A stretch of DNA of 64,000 bases. Source: the human T2T-CHM13v2.0 reference genome, Homo sapiens. This document shows, piece by piece, positions 34,065 through 48,542 of this stretch. The stretch is from NCBI RefSeq assembly GCF_009914755.1, contig NC_060939.1. One strand, 5' to 3'. Under the pieces are notes generated by a model, which had not been told where the DNA came from, made no database searches, and worked only from the letters and a program-made list of their open reading frames with translations. The position numbers were made by a program, and so were the translations under genes. Positions within the stretch are counted from its first letter, which is position 1. Each line of letters starts with the position of its first letter.

Positions 34065-34405
34065 TGAGGTATCATTTATATGCTGTAATTTTCACCTTTA
34101 GTTTTGTGAGTTCTGCCAAAAGTACATGATTGTGTAACTACCCCCACAATCAAGATATAGAACTGTTCCATCACCCAAGTAATCCTTTCATGCCCGGTTG
34201 TTGTCAATCTCTCATCCCCACTCCACATCCGCTGGCAATCTGTTTCTGTACCTATAGTTTTTGCCTTTCTAGAACATAAAATGGAACCATACAGCATGTA
34301 GCCTTTTGGGTCTGGCTTCTTTCACTTAGCATAATGCATTTGAGATTCATGCACATGTTCTACATACCAGTAAATAGTTTATTTTTATTGTTGAGTAGTA
34401 TTTCA
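34065..34405 (-). mobile_element. L1MC/MD/ME-type 3' end, antisense
   Basis: cacaatcaagatatagaac...aaatggaaccatacagcatg...tggcttctttcacttagcataatgcatttgagattcat. Confidence 0.75.
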
Positions 34406-35679
34406 TCCTTTTTGTTTTGTATCCCACATTTCCTCTTGGAAACATTTTTTATTTTGCCACAGTAATTATTTCAGGGAGGGTCTAAAGTTGGGAAACATTT
34501 GAAGTTCTTATTTGCAAGAAAACGTTTTTATTTATACTTGCATCTGAATAATATTTTAACTGGTATATATTTTAGCTTAATATCATTTTGCTCAAATCTT
34601 TGTAGGTATTCTGTACTTTCTTCTAGCATCAAGTGCTGCCTAATGATATAATCTGATGCCAATCTGATTCTAGTTCCTTTGTAAGCAACTTGTGCAAATT
34701 TTATTTTTAGAAACTTTCAATATTTTCTACTTATTGTTTGAGTTCAGAGGTTTCACCATGACATGGGTCTTCACTCATTATGCTTAGCCATTGGTGGGTC
34801 ATTTCAATTGATCACTTGAGTTCTTATTCAATTTTGTAAAGTGTTCATTGCTCTCTCGCTTTTCCTTCATATTTTCTTCCTGGAATTCGTTTTGAAGTGA
34901 AGATAAACTATCTAAATTGATCTTCCATATCCTTTAACATTTCTCTATTTTCTGCCTCTCTGTTTTTTGTTCTAATTTTGAATGCTGGACATTACAAATC
35001 ATTTATTTGTTTTTTAGCCATATTCAGTCTATTACTTAACCATTCTGCCAAATTATTTGTTCTGCTATCATAGTCTTGATACCTAATCCTGTTTTTTTCT
35101 GCTTCATTTTCTGTCAGATTATGCTTTTAAAATAATGCAATATAATTTCAAATAAGCTCCATGGGAGCAAGTAACATGTGTTGTTGTGGTGGTTTTTTCT
35201 GGGGGTGGAGGGGTGGGGTTATATCACCATGGCATTTACTACCACAATTCAGAGTCTGATACATAGTAGGAGGTGTATAGTGAATATTTTAAAAATGAAT
35301 GAGTATATAAATTCTAGTAAGAATTTGAAATACATATTTTATATTTCTTGGATTGCCTTTATGAAGGATCAGTTTTCTTGGTGCCTTCACTTTGATCTTT
35401 CTTCTTTTCTGCAAATGTTTGTCATCTTTGGTTCATATGTATGATTAAAGATTGAGTTTAGTATTATGGATGGCTGGCATGAGAGTCCTCTGGAGATGAG
35501 TATGCTTTCTTTCTTAGCAAGTTTCACTTCAGTATTGGAGGGCTTCTTATTTGGGTTCTTTACATGTGAACTGACCATGTCAACAAGCATATTCCACTTT
35601 AAGATGCGGCACACTTGAAAAAGTGAAGCATGCTAGGGACACCCTCCCCACCCCCTTTATGAAAATAAACCGTATGTTG

Positions 35680-36245
35680 AAAGTAATAGTGGCTAAAGGC
35701 TCAGGCTTCAGATTAGCCCTTCTGTATCAATATTCCAATTTATTTCAAACTTTATTAACTTGTGAAAGTTACTTAAATTCTCTTGTGCCTTGTTTCTTCA
35801 TCTGGAAAATGAGGATAAAGGAGTACTTGTACTCTTTTATTACTGTTCCTTCTCTCTCTCTTTCTATATATATATAGTTATATATATGTATATATAAATA
35901 GGAATATATATATATGCCAAAAGAGAGATATATAGAAACTTGAAACAGTGGCTGGCACTTAATAAAGGCTCAATAAATGCTGTTGTTGTAATTATTATTG
36001 TTATTACTATTTTCTTCCTGGACAAAACTATCTCTCGTTTAACTTTCTAGCAATGTTTGCTGGAGAACTGAAGTCACCTCAAATTTTATTCCACTTCTTT
36101 CCCTGTTCTGGCAAACTATACCTAAGACTAGTTTCATCACTTGCAAAATGAGGATAAAAATAATGCCAACTTAATATGACTGCATTATTTAACTTTATAA
36201 AATGCTTAGAAAACTGCCTGGCATGCAGTAAGTGTTATGTAAGGC
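35680..36245 (+). mobile_element. MIR remnants interrupted by (CT)n(TA)n
   Basis: ttcttcatctggaaaatgaggataa; acagtggctggcac...gctcaataaatg; a second MIR tail at ~36130-36245. Confidence 0.6.
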
Positions 36246-37320
36246 TTTAATATATAAAATAGAGATATATGCCAGAAGATTAGTCTCTTTCTGTTTTCTA
36301 CTGTATTCATCTCTGCTTTTACTGTTTATTAGGATCATTCAGGCTCTAGTATTTCCCTTGTTCTCATTTCTTTTCAGGCTCACCTTCCCACATGAGGTTT
36401 CTGCTCAATCTCACCTATAATGCTGGCACTAGAATTATCTAATTATCTTCTTTCACAACTGTACTCTCACTTCGGATCTTCTAAAGCACCCTATTTATTT
36501 TTTGCATCCACTCTCCAGCCCTTTAGGCTTCTTCAAGTGGAAATTTGTCCTCTATTATTCTTGTAACATGTGATGGACTCAGAGAAGTTAAATAACTTGC
36601 CTATGTCACACAATTATTAAGAACAATATTTCAAATGCAGAATGTCTGATTGCAAATCGTTTGAACCCTGACAGCTCCCCATAGGCCACGTTGTTTCATG
36701 CTGCCTCTGAATACTATATCCTCTCATAATGCACATAGCTTTATGTTTTGTAAGTAGTTTTCAATAATTTCTCACTTAACATCTATTTGCTCTTTTTTAG
36801 TAGTTCTAATGTTTTTGTCTTCTTTTTTCAGTACATAGTCTTCACTATCACCTCATTTACACAGCACATAAGTTGTGTCATTTCAATTGTGAACTCTCAG
36901 AAATGAATAGCTATTGAAAATAGCGAATCATTTTCCATGTTTAGTTTAAAAAATTTGTCATTTTGAAAAAGGTTTCCAAATATTGTTTCTTTAAATGATT
37001 ACCCACACAAACCCCACCTCCATAAACTTTTATCTTAAAAAAAAGGCTGCCAAGTTAGACTACATGAATAGCTCTTTTAAAGTTACTGGATAAAAGTTTA
37101 AATTACCAGAAGTTGAACCATTATGGGTTATTATTTGAGAATTCTTTGACTTCTATAACATGATGCTACTCTCAGAGGAATACTGATTAGAATGGAAACC
37201 AGATGTGTTTTTCAAGACTAGATTGAAAAAATGATAAACAAGTAGAAAATTAATATAAGAATGACCTAATGAGTTTTCTAGAAACCTGAAGCATGGGAAT
37301 GACAGAAAAAGCATTTGAGA

Positions 37321-37364
37321 GTGTGTGTGTGTGTGTGTGTATGTGTGTGTGTGTATCTGTGTGT
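37321..37364. repeat. Interrupted (GT)n microsatellite
   Basis: Directly visible. Confidence 0.95.
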
Positions 37365-39339
37365 GGGGGGGGTGGGCAGGGAGAGAGGGAGTGAAAGTAA
37401 GCAAATGAGAGAGGGAGCTAGGAAAAAAATATAAAAAAGTGGAAAATAAAAATGCAGAGAAAGGGAAGGAGGTTGGATAGGATAAAAAACAGTTGCAGAA
37501 TTGAAAATAGAACCCCCCAAAAAATCCCCAAATCTTTGTAAATATTTGGTATCACCAGGGTAATAGCATAATATAATTTTATCTGTAAACCAAGGAAGTG
37601 AAAAACAGAAAAAAAGATGATTTCTCATTCTAAAAGGGATAAATTAAGTACTAACGAGATGAGGAACATTGTTGAAAGAAAAAAAGTCCCCTTTTAAATC
37701 AAAATATATTCTAGGTATGCTAAAATAATCCAAAAATTTTATATATTTCATTCTTTCTTGTCCACCTTTTTGAGAGAGAAAATGAACAATGATATTTTTG
37801 ATACTTCTGAGTTTGCATTCTGGTTTCATATTTGATGACATTGGAAATAAAGTATATTTATTGTCACAATATGTCGACATGCTGAGTGGTATAAAATGGA
37901 ATGGAAGGCATAAAGAAGGCAATCAAGGTAAAGGATGAGTACATATAAAACATTTCATTACCAGTTTTGAAATAGACTTTTACTTAATCCTTTGGTTGTA
38001 CTAAGAACTAGAATTATCCCCTTTAATTTTATTTATTCAAGGCAAAAATAATAAATATTATCCTAATAAACCATGTATTCTTAGCATAATTTGAAATATG
38101 GCGGAAGTTCTTATATTTGGAATCTCTCAATTCAGAATTTGTTACCATTCAAATTGGGCTTTGAATTCAAACTTGTCTTTTTTGCTTCGCAGACATTTCC
38201 AAAATTGTGCACAAATAATAGGATATATCAATTGTTATGGGGAATTTTAAATATTTTAGAGAGAAAGCAATTTTCAAACATCTTTCAGTACTTTTACATC
38301 CTCATTTGCAGATAACCTAATAAGCTATTTCCATATTCTTTTATTGATTCAATTAAACCAGGTGACAGTTTGATTTATTACACATACAGTACTTGGCATT
38401 AAGAAGCAATATTTCGTCTAAAACATGCTATAATTTTGTATTTCTACTTATTCAGCAGCTTTCTAAGCTCATGCTACAATGTTTCCAACTTCCAAACTAC
38501 TTAGGCTAAGAAATGAAAGCTATAATCATGTGTAGCCAAAAAATTATATTAGAAAAAAATCAGTCTTATTTTGTTGTTCTTCTGGGCACTATAAAATGAT
38601 TAATATAATTTTTGCCAAATTAGCCATTTTTTCTTGGCATTAGACAATATTTTAGTTTTAACATATTCTTTTTGTTGTGCAATACAGGGTGGTGTTATAA
38701 TCTGATATGAGCAACTCTACTACTATGTTTCTCTGCTAACATCCTTCTATGGAAAGAAGTATAGCTTTCAGGAATATGAAAGCAATTTTCTTTCAGGTAA
38801 AATAACCAGAGAGGGTACTAAGGATTAATTTTTTTCAAAATATCAACACTGTTATTCTTAAAATTTTTTTTTTCTCAGTGTCACAAGAATTGATTTGAAC
38901 ACGAAGTACATTGACTTGTTTTTTGGCAACTTTGAAACCCATTTATAGCTGAAATCAAAGAATAAATCAGTTTTAGGTTTTCACAATAACGTCCCATGAT
39001 ATAGTTTGACTTCCGATATCATGTATTATATTACTGGGGCCTATGATATGCTGGTTGTCAGAGACATCCTTAATTAGAAAAATGAGGGAGGATGGCCCTT
39101 ATTATTTTCATTAAAATGCATAGTCAATACTGCACAAGAAAAACTTTCCTTTTGCACCAGATATCCTTAAAAAGAGATTTTGTTTCTATTTCCACACTTG
39201 TGTGGAAATTGAATTTCAAGATGCTTCTTGGTTCTCATTCAAAGGAGTAAAAAGGTCCAGATCTCTCTGATCCAGAATGAATTGGCCCTTGGGTGATAGC
39301 ATTTCTCTCAGCCAAACTTTCCAGTTGTCTGATTTTCCC

Positions 39340-40510
39340 CTCTAATCCTGGTCTTCTCCCAGTCTCCCTTAGCTCAGCAAATGACATCACCATTTATCCA
39401 GTTACAAATATTGGACATCTGGAATTTAACCTTGACTCCTCTTTGTCTCTTACATTGAATAAGGCTTTGTCTCTGATATGGTTTGGCTCTGTGTCCTCAC
39501 CCAAATCTCATCTTGAATTGTACTCCCATAATTCCCACATGTTGTGGGAGGGACCTGGTGGGAGATAAGTGAATCATGGGGGCAGTTGCCTCCATACTGT
39601 TCTCATGGTAGTGAATAAGTCTTACGAGATCTGATGGTTTTGTAAGGGGTTTCAGCTTTTGCTTCTCTCTCATTCTCTCTCTTTACCTGCTACCATCTGT
39701 GTAAGACCTGACATGCTCCTCCTTGTCTTCCACCATGATTGTGAGGCCTCCCCAACCATGTGGAACTGTGGGTCGATTAAACGTCTTTCTTTTGTAAATT
39801 GCCCAGTCTCGGGTATGACTTTATCAGCAGCATAAGAACAGACTAATAACAGTCTCCAACATACATCTAACTACTCCTTTCCATCTCCCTTACCATAATT
39901 AGTCTAAGATATAATCTCTGACCTGTATTTCAATTATGGCCTCCTAACCAGTCTCCTTATTTCAACTTTTGCCATCTCCCAAACATTCTCCAAAAAGTTT
40001 TCAGAATGATTATACCCATTATACTTGCTAATTACAATCTATTATACTTAGGATCAAATCCAAAGTCTTTAATGTTAGTATCAACGCCTTATGTACATTG
40101 GTCTCGTGTTGCCCAACTTTCCCTTTGTTCAGTATACTCCAGTTATACTATCTTTTGGTTTCTAGAACACAACAAGCTCATTTTCACCTCAGAACTTTTG
40201 CTCTTGTTACCTTTATCTAGAATGCTCTACCTCCACTTCTGATTTCTTCTCATGTATCAGATCTGAGCTTAAATAGCAATTCTACAGAAAGACATTTTGT
40301 AATGAGATTTGAAACATCCTTCTCCTTTCTGTGTTAAATGATACCATAGTAACCTATTTATTTCCTCCTGAAATAGCCATCAGAGTTATTTTTAATATCT
40401 ATTATCCACCCCCTCCTCCAATAATTTAAGCTCTAAGTCAGGGACCTTGCTTATCTTATTGAACAGTATGTCATAATGCACACTATTCGAATACAGAGTA
40501 AGTGTTGATT
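39340..40510 (+). mobile_element. L2 remnant split by THE1
   Basis: L2-like pyrimidine-rich text on both sides of the LTR (caaatgacatcaccatttatccagtt...ttgactcctc; tggcctcctaaccagtctcc; ggatcaaatccaaagtc). Confidence 0.6.
39474..39851 (+). mobile_element. THE1 MaLR solo LTR
   Basis: tgatatggtttggctctgtgtcc...gactaataaca with a 5-bp TSD GTCTC at 39469-73 and 39852-56. Confidence 0.95.
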
Positions 40511-42812
40511 TAAAGTAATTAGCTGAGTTATCAGTTAACTAGGACCAAGGACTTTATTGCATCATTAAAAACTCAATACGTAAAATTTCAAAGGAAATAT
40601 CTGATAATTGGTTACACAACTCTTGGGTCCCTCATGCAGACTGAATATATAAGAGAAAGAGATGGGGAGATAGGGAGAGAAGGTAGAGAGGGAGAGAATT
40701 TGTAAGGGGGATTTCTTCTCTGTTAGTCCACTTCTCTACCAAGAGGTGAAGTGTGTGGGGGGAGGGAGGGGGGAAATCTCCCTACACCCCAAACCAAGTG
40801 AGAGAGCCTAGTGTTTGGGGGATGTTGAGGATCATAGAGGGCATTGGAAACAGTAGTCTGCATATTGGAAAAAGAAAAGTAGAGTTTTATTTAGGAAAAA
40901 TGGGGATGTTACTGATGACTTTGGGGCAGAGAAATAACATGGTTGCAATTATATTTTAGAAAGATTAATCTCATAACAACATTTAAAATGGATTGGAGAT
41001 TGGGGAGAGAAGATACAAAGAGGTGGATTAGGAATAGAATTAATGTGAACTATAACAATAACTTGATCTAGGATGTGAAAGTGATAATTGATAGGAAGAA
41101 ACAGGTGTAGAAGAAGTTGTGGTAGAATTGACATTTTTTGGAATTAATTAGAGGAATAAGGAGGACTCACTATGTTTGAATTAATATTAAAAACTATCGA
41201 GGGAAAAATATAAGTTGTAGCTGAGGATAGAAATAACGTTTAGCTTGAAGAGGAGCTTAAGCAGAAGTATAAACCTCCTTTCTCATGCATAAGTTATTGC
41301 GATAGCCACCAGTTTTACACAAATACAAATTTTTACTGAATACTTGGCTTTTCATGGATGTAGCTCTATAATTAAGGTGGTGGACTCCCTAACTTTCTTT
41401 TTCTTCTTTACTATCATAATTACTTTTACTCTGCCTCTTTTTCTCACTTTTGAACATGCTTTGAAAGCTAATGAATTGAAAATTAAGCCAGTTTTGCTAC
41501 TAACACATTGATATCCAGGAAACATTTTTAAAAGAAAAATTGCTATTGCTAGTTTTACCCCTCATTTTGCTGCCTTGCTACATAGACAATTCATGTAGAA
41601 CCAAATAAAGACAATTTAGAGCTAACAATGTAATAACCTCAATTGCACAAGGTCTTTGTGTTTGTCATGATGTCCTTCTAGGGATGAAGCAAAATTCTCT
41701 CTGTGAGAACATTTTTCAACATTTAGAATGGCATGAAGCTGTCAAAACTAGGTACCAATGTAAAGCACTTACTCAAGGAAATTGATTGTTTCCTAAAGTT
41801 AAGCAGAAACTTAAGGGGAATCAAGACAATCAAGAATGAATTACATAATATGCTTTCATTATATAGAAATGTACAAGTGGAAAAAAAAACCCAAACTAGT
41901 AGCTCCAACTAGAGATTTTGCTCTAGGTCTAAAGTTGTATCACAATTCAGTAAATTCATAATATAATTTTAAGAACTTTAAATTTAGATTAGCATTTCAG
42001 ATAACTTCTTACAAATATAAAATTAAAGCATAAATTTTTATAGACTCAGAGATACAAGAGTCAAGTAACTTTTGTAAACTGAGATATTTATATATTTGAG
42101 TCACCAGCACACCACAATTTTGAACATATGACTCATACTTTGTATCTTATATACAGTTAGTTTTAAAATGTTAGGGCATTATGCCAAGGGTAAGCACAAG
42201 TTTACATAATTGAGGATTTATAGGGACCTCAGGCTTGCTCAATTACTTTTGGGATTTTATGCCAGAGTTTAAACTACTGTCTTTGACCAGGCCCATCAAG
42301 TTTGGGTTGACGTGTCCATACTACAGCCTCCTTTTATATTAATACTTAGAATAAACTCAATCTCCTATTACCATGACCTACAAAGTTCATTATGATCTGG
42401 TCCCTGCCTACCTCTTCAGGTTCATTCACCTCTCACTACTTTTTCCATTTTTCATTCATATTAGCCTTCATTCAGTTCTTGGAACACACCAAGATCCACC
42501 CCACCCCCCACCCCCCACCAATCTACTTGTTTATGTTTGTTCTCTCACTGGAATGCATGCTCTGTTAGGGCAGAGGTCACTTCCAGAATATTCACCATTG
42601 TATCTCCAAAAGGCCAGAACAACATCTGGCACCGAGTATCTATTTGATAAATATTTGTTAGATGGATGAATCAAGGAAATAAGTAAGATTGGTTATATGG
42701 CATGACCCAGGGTTCAAGCTGATTTATGGAATGGGGTGGACAGAAGAAAAGAGGAAGATAAATTCATAGTGTAAGGACATCTCTGAGAATGTAGTAGAAA
42801 TATGTCTTGGAC

Positions 42813-45149
42813 AAAGATGCCCTCTCTCACCACTTCTATTCAGCATCGTATTTGAAGTCCGAGTCAGAACTCTCAGGCAAGAGAAAGAAATAAAAGGCAT
42901 CCAAATAGGAAGAGAAGAAGTCAAACTACCCTGTTTGCAGATGACATGATTTTCTATGTAGAAAATCGCATAGTCTCTGTCCAAAAGCTCTTTGAATTGA
43001 TAAATAACTTTAGCAAAGTTTCAGGACACAACATCAATGTACAAAAATCACTAGCATTCTTATACACCAACAGTCAAGCTGAAAGCCAAATCAGGAACAC
43101 AATCCCATCCACAATTGCCACACACACATAGACACACACACACACACACAAACACACAAATACCTAGGAATACAGCTAACCAGGGAGGTGAAAGATCTCC
43201 AAAATGAAAATTATAAAACATTGCTCAAAGAAATCAGAGATGACACAAATGCATGGAAAAAGATTCCATGTTCATGGATAGGAAGAATCAAGATCATTAA
43301 AATGGCCACACTGCCTAAAGCAATTTATACATTCAATGCTATTCCTATCAAACTACCAATGACATTCTTCACAGAACTAAAGAAAACTAGTTTAAAATTC
43401 ATATGGAACCATAAAAGAGCCTGAAGATCCAAGGCAATCCTAGGCCAAAAGAACATAGCTGGTTGGGTGCAGTTGCTCACACCTGCAATCCCAGCATGTT
43501 GGGAAGCCCAGGTAGGCAGACTGCTTGAGGCCAGGAGTTTGAGACCAGCCTGGGCAACAAGGAAAAATCCTGTCTTTGCAAAAAATACAAAAAAATAGCC
43601 TGGTATGGTGATGCATGCCTGTAGTCCCAGCTACTCAGGAGGCGGGAGGATCACCTGAGCCCAGAAACTTGAGGCTGCAGTAAGCCATGATTATGCCACT
43701 GCGCTTCAGTCTGGGTGACTCTCTTAAAAAAATAATGACAAAGCTGGAGGCATCATGCTACCCGACTTCAAACTATACTATAAGGCTACAGTACTAAAAC
43801 AGTATGGTACTGGTACAGAAAGAGACACATAGACCAATGGAACAGAATGAGCCCAGAAATAAGGCTGCACACCCACAACTATCTGATCGTTGACAAATCT
43901 CACAAAAACAAGCAATGAAGAAATAACTCCCTATTCAATAAACGGTGCTGGGATAACTGGCTAGTCATATGAAGCAGACTGAAGCTGGACCCCTTCCTTG
44001 CACCACGTACAAAAATAAACTAAAGATGGATTAAAGACTTAAATGTAAAACTTAAAACTATAAAAACCCTGGAAGATAACCTAGTAAATACCATTCTGGA
44101 CATAGGAACTAGCAAAGATTTCATGACAAACATGCCAAAAGCAATTGCAACAAAAGCAAAAATTGACAAATGGGATCTAATTAAGCTAAAGAGCTCCTGC
44201 ACAGCAAAGGAAATTATCAACAAAGTAAACAGACAACCTACAGAACAGGAGAAAATTTTTGCAAACAATGCATCTGACAAAGATTTAACATCCAACATCT
44301 ATAAGGAGCTTAAACAAATTTATAAGCAAAACCAAACAGCCCCATTAAAAAGTGGGCAAAGGACATGAACAATTTTGAAAAGACATACATGTGTCTAAAA
44401 AACATATGAAAGAATGCTCAATACTGCTAATCATTAGAGAAATGCAAATAAAAAACACAGTGAGATACTATCTCAGATCAGTCAGAATGGCTATTACTAA
44501 AAAGTCAAAAAATAAACGCTGGCAAGCTTGCAGAGAAAAGGGAACACTTACACACTGCTGATAGGAGTGTAAATTAGTTCAACCATTATGGAAAGAAGTG
44601 TGGCAATTCCTCAAAGAACTAAAGACACAATTGCCATTTGACCCAGCAATCCTATTACTGGGTATGTACCCAAAGGAATATAAATCATTCTACCATAAAG
44701 ACACATGCATGTGTATGTTCATTGCAGCACTATTCACAATAGCAAAGATATGGAATCAATCTAAATGCCCTCAATGGTAGACTGGATAAAGAAAATGTGG
44801 TACATATAGACTATGGAATACTTTGCAGCCATCATGTCCTTTGCAGGAACGTGGATGGAGCTGGAGGCCATTATCCTTAGCAAACTAACACAGGAACAGC
44901 AAATCAAATATCATATTCTCCCACTTATAAATAGAGCTAAGTAGTGAGAACAAATGGACACAAACAGAGAACAACAGATACTGGGGTCCACTTGAGGGTG
45001 GAGGGAGGGAAGAGAAAATATAACTATCAGGTACTATGCTTAGTGCTTCGGTGATAATCTGTACACTGAACCCTTGTGACATGAGTTTACCTGTATAACA
45101 AATCTGCACATGTACCCCTGAACCTAAAAGATCAAAAAAAGAAAAAAAA
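42813..45149 (+). mobile_element. 5'-truncated older L1PA (PA13-16-like)
   Basis: ORF2 RT and C-terminal fragments, a 3' UTR ending ctgcacatgtacccctgaacctaaaag, and an A-tail. TSD AGAAATATGT[C/G]TTGGAC at 42796-42812 and 45150-45166. Confidence 0.92.
43461..43733 (+). mobile_element. AluJ nested in L1 ORF2
   Basis: AluJ-type text (gaccagcctgggcaac, gaggctgcagtaagccatgat). The L1 sequence ...tagct before it resumes as aaagctggaggcatc after it. Confidence 0.9.
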
Positions 45150-45915
45150 AGAAATATGTGTTGGACCACAATTTCAGATATGCAAAGAATAACATATAAA
45201 TTTATATTTATAAATATAAATCAACCTAGCTTTAATTTTGAGAATTCTGCTCTTCCAGTTTGGTAAAAAACTTAACTTCAGTTATTCTAGGGTTTCCCTC
45301 TTCTGTTTCAAGATGGGATAGATTTCAAGAGTTTTATGCATGGCCAAAGCTAAGGCATCTGGGTGTTGAGTCATTCGTCTACCCTGATTCCTCTTCTGGG
45401 GTATTCATTCACTCTGTTCACACAGTTTCTACAGTTCTGAACTCCCTCCTACTTCCAGAATTATTTTAAAATATGGGAATGTTTATGAGGGGTCCTTATG
45501 GACCTATTTGTTCAGACACATGAGGCAGCCCTGATTCTCTGGAGTATTGCTGCCTCTGCTATGTGCGGTGGTGCTGTGTACAGATAAATATACAAGCATG
45601 GCTCCCCAAATATGGGGGCCATAAATTTTCTCTATGCTCCCAGGTCCATGGGACTCTGTGATAGCTTCCCTGGGCTGCTTCTCAAATGCACTCTAGTGCT
45701 TCCTTTATTTTCAGTGCGCTTGGCATGACCTTTTGAAAGGGATTCATGTTTTACCCTAGTCAGGAAGCATTTATGACTTTTTTCCCTCAACCTTTCCTTT
45801 CCAATATCTTTTTGAAAATATGAAGAACAGAAAAAAATGGGATAAATGAACACAGTTTAATATTTCATAAGCCCATTCTGCCAATAGGAATTAAGTTTTG
45901 ACCAGAACAGAGGCA

Positions 45916-46930
45916 GAGTAAAATTCTGATCATGTCACTCTTCTGCTTACCATATTATAATGGCTTCCTATTGCTCCTGGAATACAGATCATATGCCTTA
46001 ATAAAACACATGGAGATCCTGCCTGCCTCTCCAACCTCTTCATGCACCACAGTCCCTTCTCATTCTCTCTACTGGGACCAAACCTGTGTTTCACTGTGAA
46101 AAGGACAGGTTTTATTATTATTATTATTTTTTTATTTTTTATTTTTGTATAGTACCTCTTCACCTGGTTAACTCCCATTCATGCTGTAAAGTTGCAGCTT
46201 TAGTGGAATTCTTGCAGGGAAAGCTTACATATTGCCACTTATTATAGATACTCATGGCACTATGTATCTTTTCTTTGTAGCACTTGTCCATGATGGTTAC
46301 CTTCTCTCATAAGAAGAGAAATGCAAAGGATAACTACAATTTAATGGCATTTTCACTTGTCAGACTAATAAAACTCCAAATGTTTTCACAATAAATTTTT
46401 TGAAATAAATGAGTACTCTTACCTACTGCTGGTGGGATTATAAAACTAGCACAACCTCTGTGGAGGATAAGTTGGCAATATCTTTTTTTTAATACCTTTT
46501 GTCCCAGGCAGTCTACTTCTGGAAATTGATCCTATAGATTTATTTTCGTAGTATAAAATGACATATTTTGTCTTTATTCATTACAGCATTTCTTTGGTAA
46601 TAGAAAAGTACTGAAGAAAATTAAATGTTCCTCAATAGGAGGCTGCTCAAATACACTGTGATATACCCATTCGGTGGAATACCCTGTAGCTATAACAAAA
46701 ACAAAAATGTGAGAAGCTTCCTAAATAATGAGATAGGAAGATTTTTCTGTTAAAAAAAAATACAAAAAAATGCATATGACGTGCTACCTTTTGTATAAAA
46801 AGGGTAAAAGTAAAAAATAATATGTATGTGTATATACATATACACACAAACATATGTATCCAGTTTGCCTGTATAAGCATAGCGAAACTCTGAAAAGATA
46901 CACAAGAAACTAATAAAAAGAATTATCTAT
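45916..46930 (+). mobile_element. L2 remnant (~45916-46290) followed by an L1ME-type 3' remnant (~46320-46930)
   Basis: L2-like tctgatcatgtcactcttctgctta...aatggcttcctattgc; old-L1-like ctgctggtgggattataaaactagcacaacctctgtggagg. Confidence 0.6.
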
Positions 46931-46997
46931 GTTTTGGGGAAGAATGAAAACTGACAGGATATGGAACAGAATAAGATGTAAGAATGAAAAGTAATGA

Positions 46998-47356
<359 letters not shown>

Positions 47357-48436
47357 AGTTAATTCTTTGAAGCCAGCAATGGTGTGTTAAAAAAGAAAAT
47401 TCAATCTACAAATAACAAAAAAAAGACAATAGTTCAAAGTATTCCTGTGCTTAATCTATCACTATAGGTCTATTAAAACAAGAGCAACAAACGGTTGCCA
47501 ATGTATAACTTAAAACATCCAGAGGGTTACCCCATCTACAGTTGCCTAAAGTTATTCTTAGTTCCTGGAGAATTCATTTAGAAGCATAAGCATAATAAGG
47601 GCACAGTGAAATCTAAGTTTGGTTCTCCATTATAGCTGTGGTCCTAATGAATTGTGGGCCCATCCTGAATTAATAATTCTCCAATAAAAATGATAATCAA
47701 AGAATTTAAACCATTGATACAGTTCCCTTGTTGATATTAATCTGTTCATTAATATTACTTGGATCATATTTCCAAATTACAGAGTGTAATAGCATCTAAT
47801 GCACTTTCATAGATCACAATTTTATTCTTTTGTTTCCCATTTTACAGTTAATCCTATGTAGCAGATATTAAGGAGGCACTAAGCACTCTTTGCTAACAAA
47901 CTATCCATTTCTTTCATTTAAGTATTTAGCACTTAGTTAGCAAATGTGGACTTCTCACTTACTGATTTCTTGGTTTAAAAACTGTAGGTTCAGTATGGAA
48001 CAAATGGATTTAGTAGCTCTTGAATATCTTTACACTGTAAACTTACTATTGATAACTTTTATTTCTTTAGAAGCAATATCTAAGTCCTAGGAATTCTGAG
48101 CCTGCTCATTATTGTTACCTCCCAAACTAGCGGAGTGTGATTCAGAACACAATAACATTATATTTTCTTTCCTCCTTCTCTTCCTCCTTTTAGAGAATAC
48201 ATGATAGGATGTTTTCAGCTTTCTAGCTTTCAACAGATGCAATGATCAAAGAGTCTGTCCCCCTCTGCTTTAATAAATGTGGAACATTCAACATTTGGCA
48301 TATGAAGAGTAACTGGGTACATCTGAACTATTCTGTGCTCTTCATTCTGTTCCCTAAAGGGACAGATACAAAGAGAAATCACATAAACTATAATCCAGTT
48401 GAGTAGATTTAATTTCCTTTTCCTATTTGGTCTACA

Positions 48437-48454
48437 TGCACCACCTGGTGGTAA
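48437..48454 (-). promoter_or_regulatory. CTCF-like motif, near-palindromic, containing an E-box CACCTG
   Basis: The minus strand reads CCACCAGGTGGTGCA versus the CTCF core CCASYAGRKGGCRS. It lies ~1.15 kb upstream of FGF7 exon 1. Confidence 0.5.
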
Positions 48455-48471
48455 AGTAGTGCATTTCACAT

Positions 48472-48542
48472 AGAGAGAGAGAGAGAGAGAGAGAGAGTGT
48501 GTGTGTGTGTGTGTGCGCGCGCGCGCGTGCACGCGTGTGTGT
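48472..48542. repeat. Compound microsatellite (AG)~13(GT)9(GC)6 plus alternating purine/pyrimidine tail
   Basis: Directly visible. Positions 48497-48542 alternate purine/pyrimidine without interruption. Confidence 0.97.

Noticed and set aside
33975-34065. AT-rich palindromic tracts (also ~35866-35935 and ~45200-45222)
   Set aside because: Low-complexity (TA)n sequence is self-complementary by composition, and nothing suggests function.
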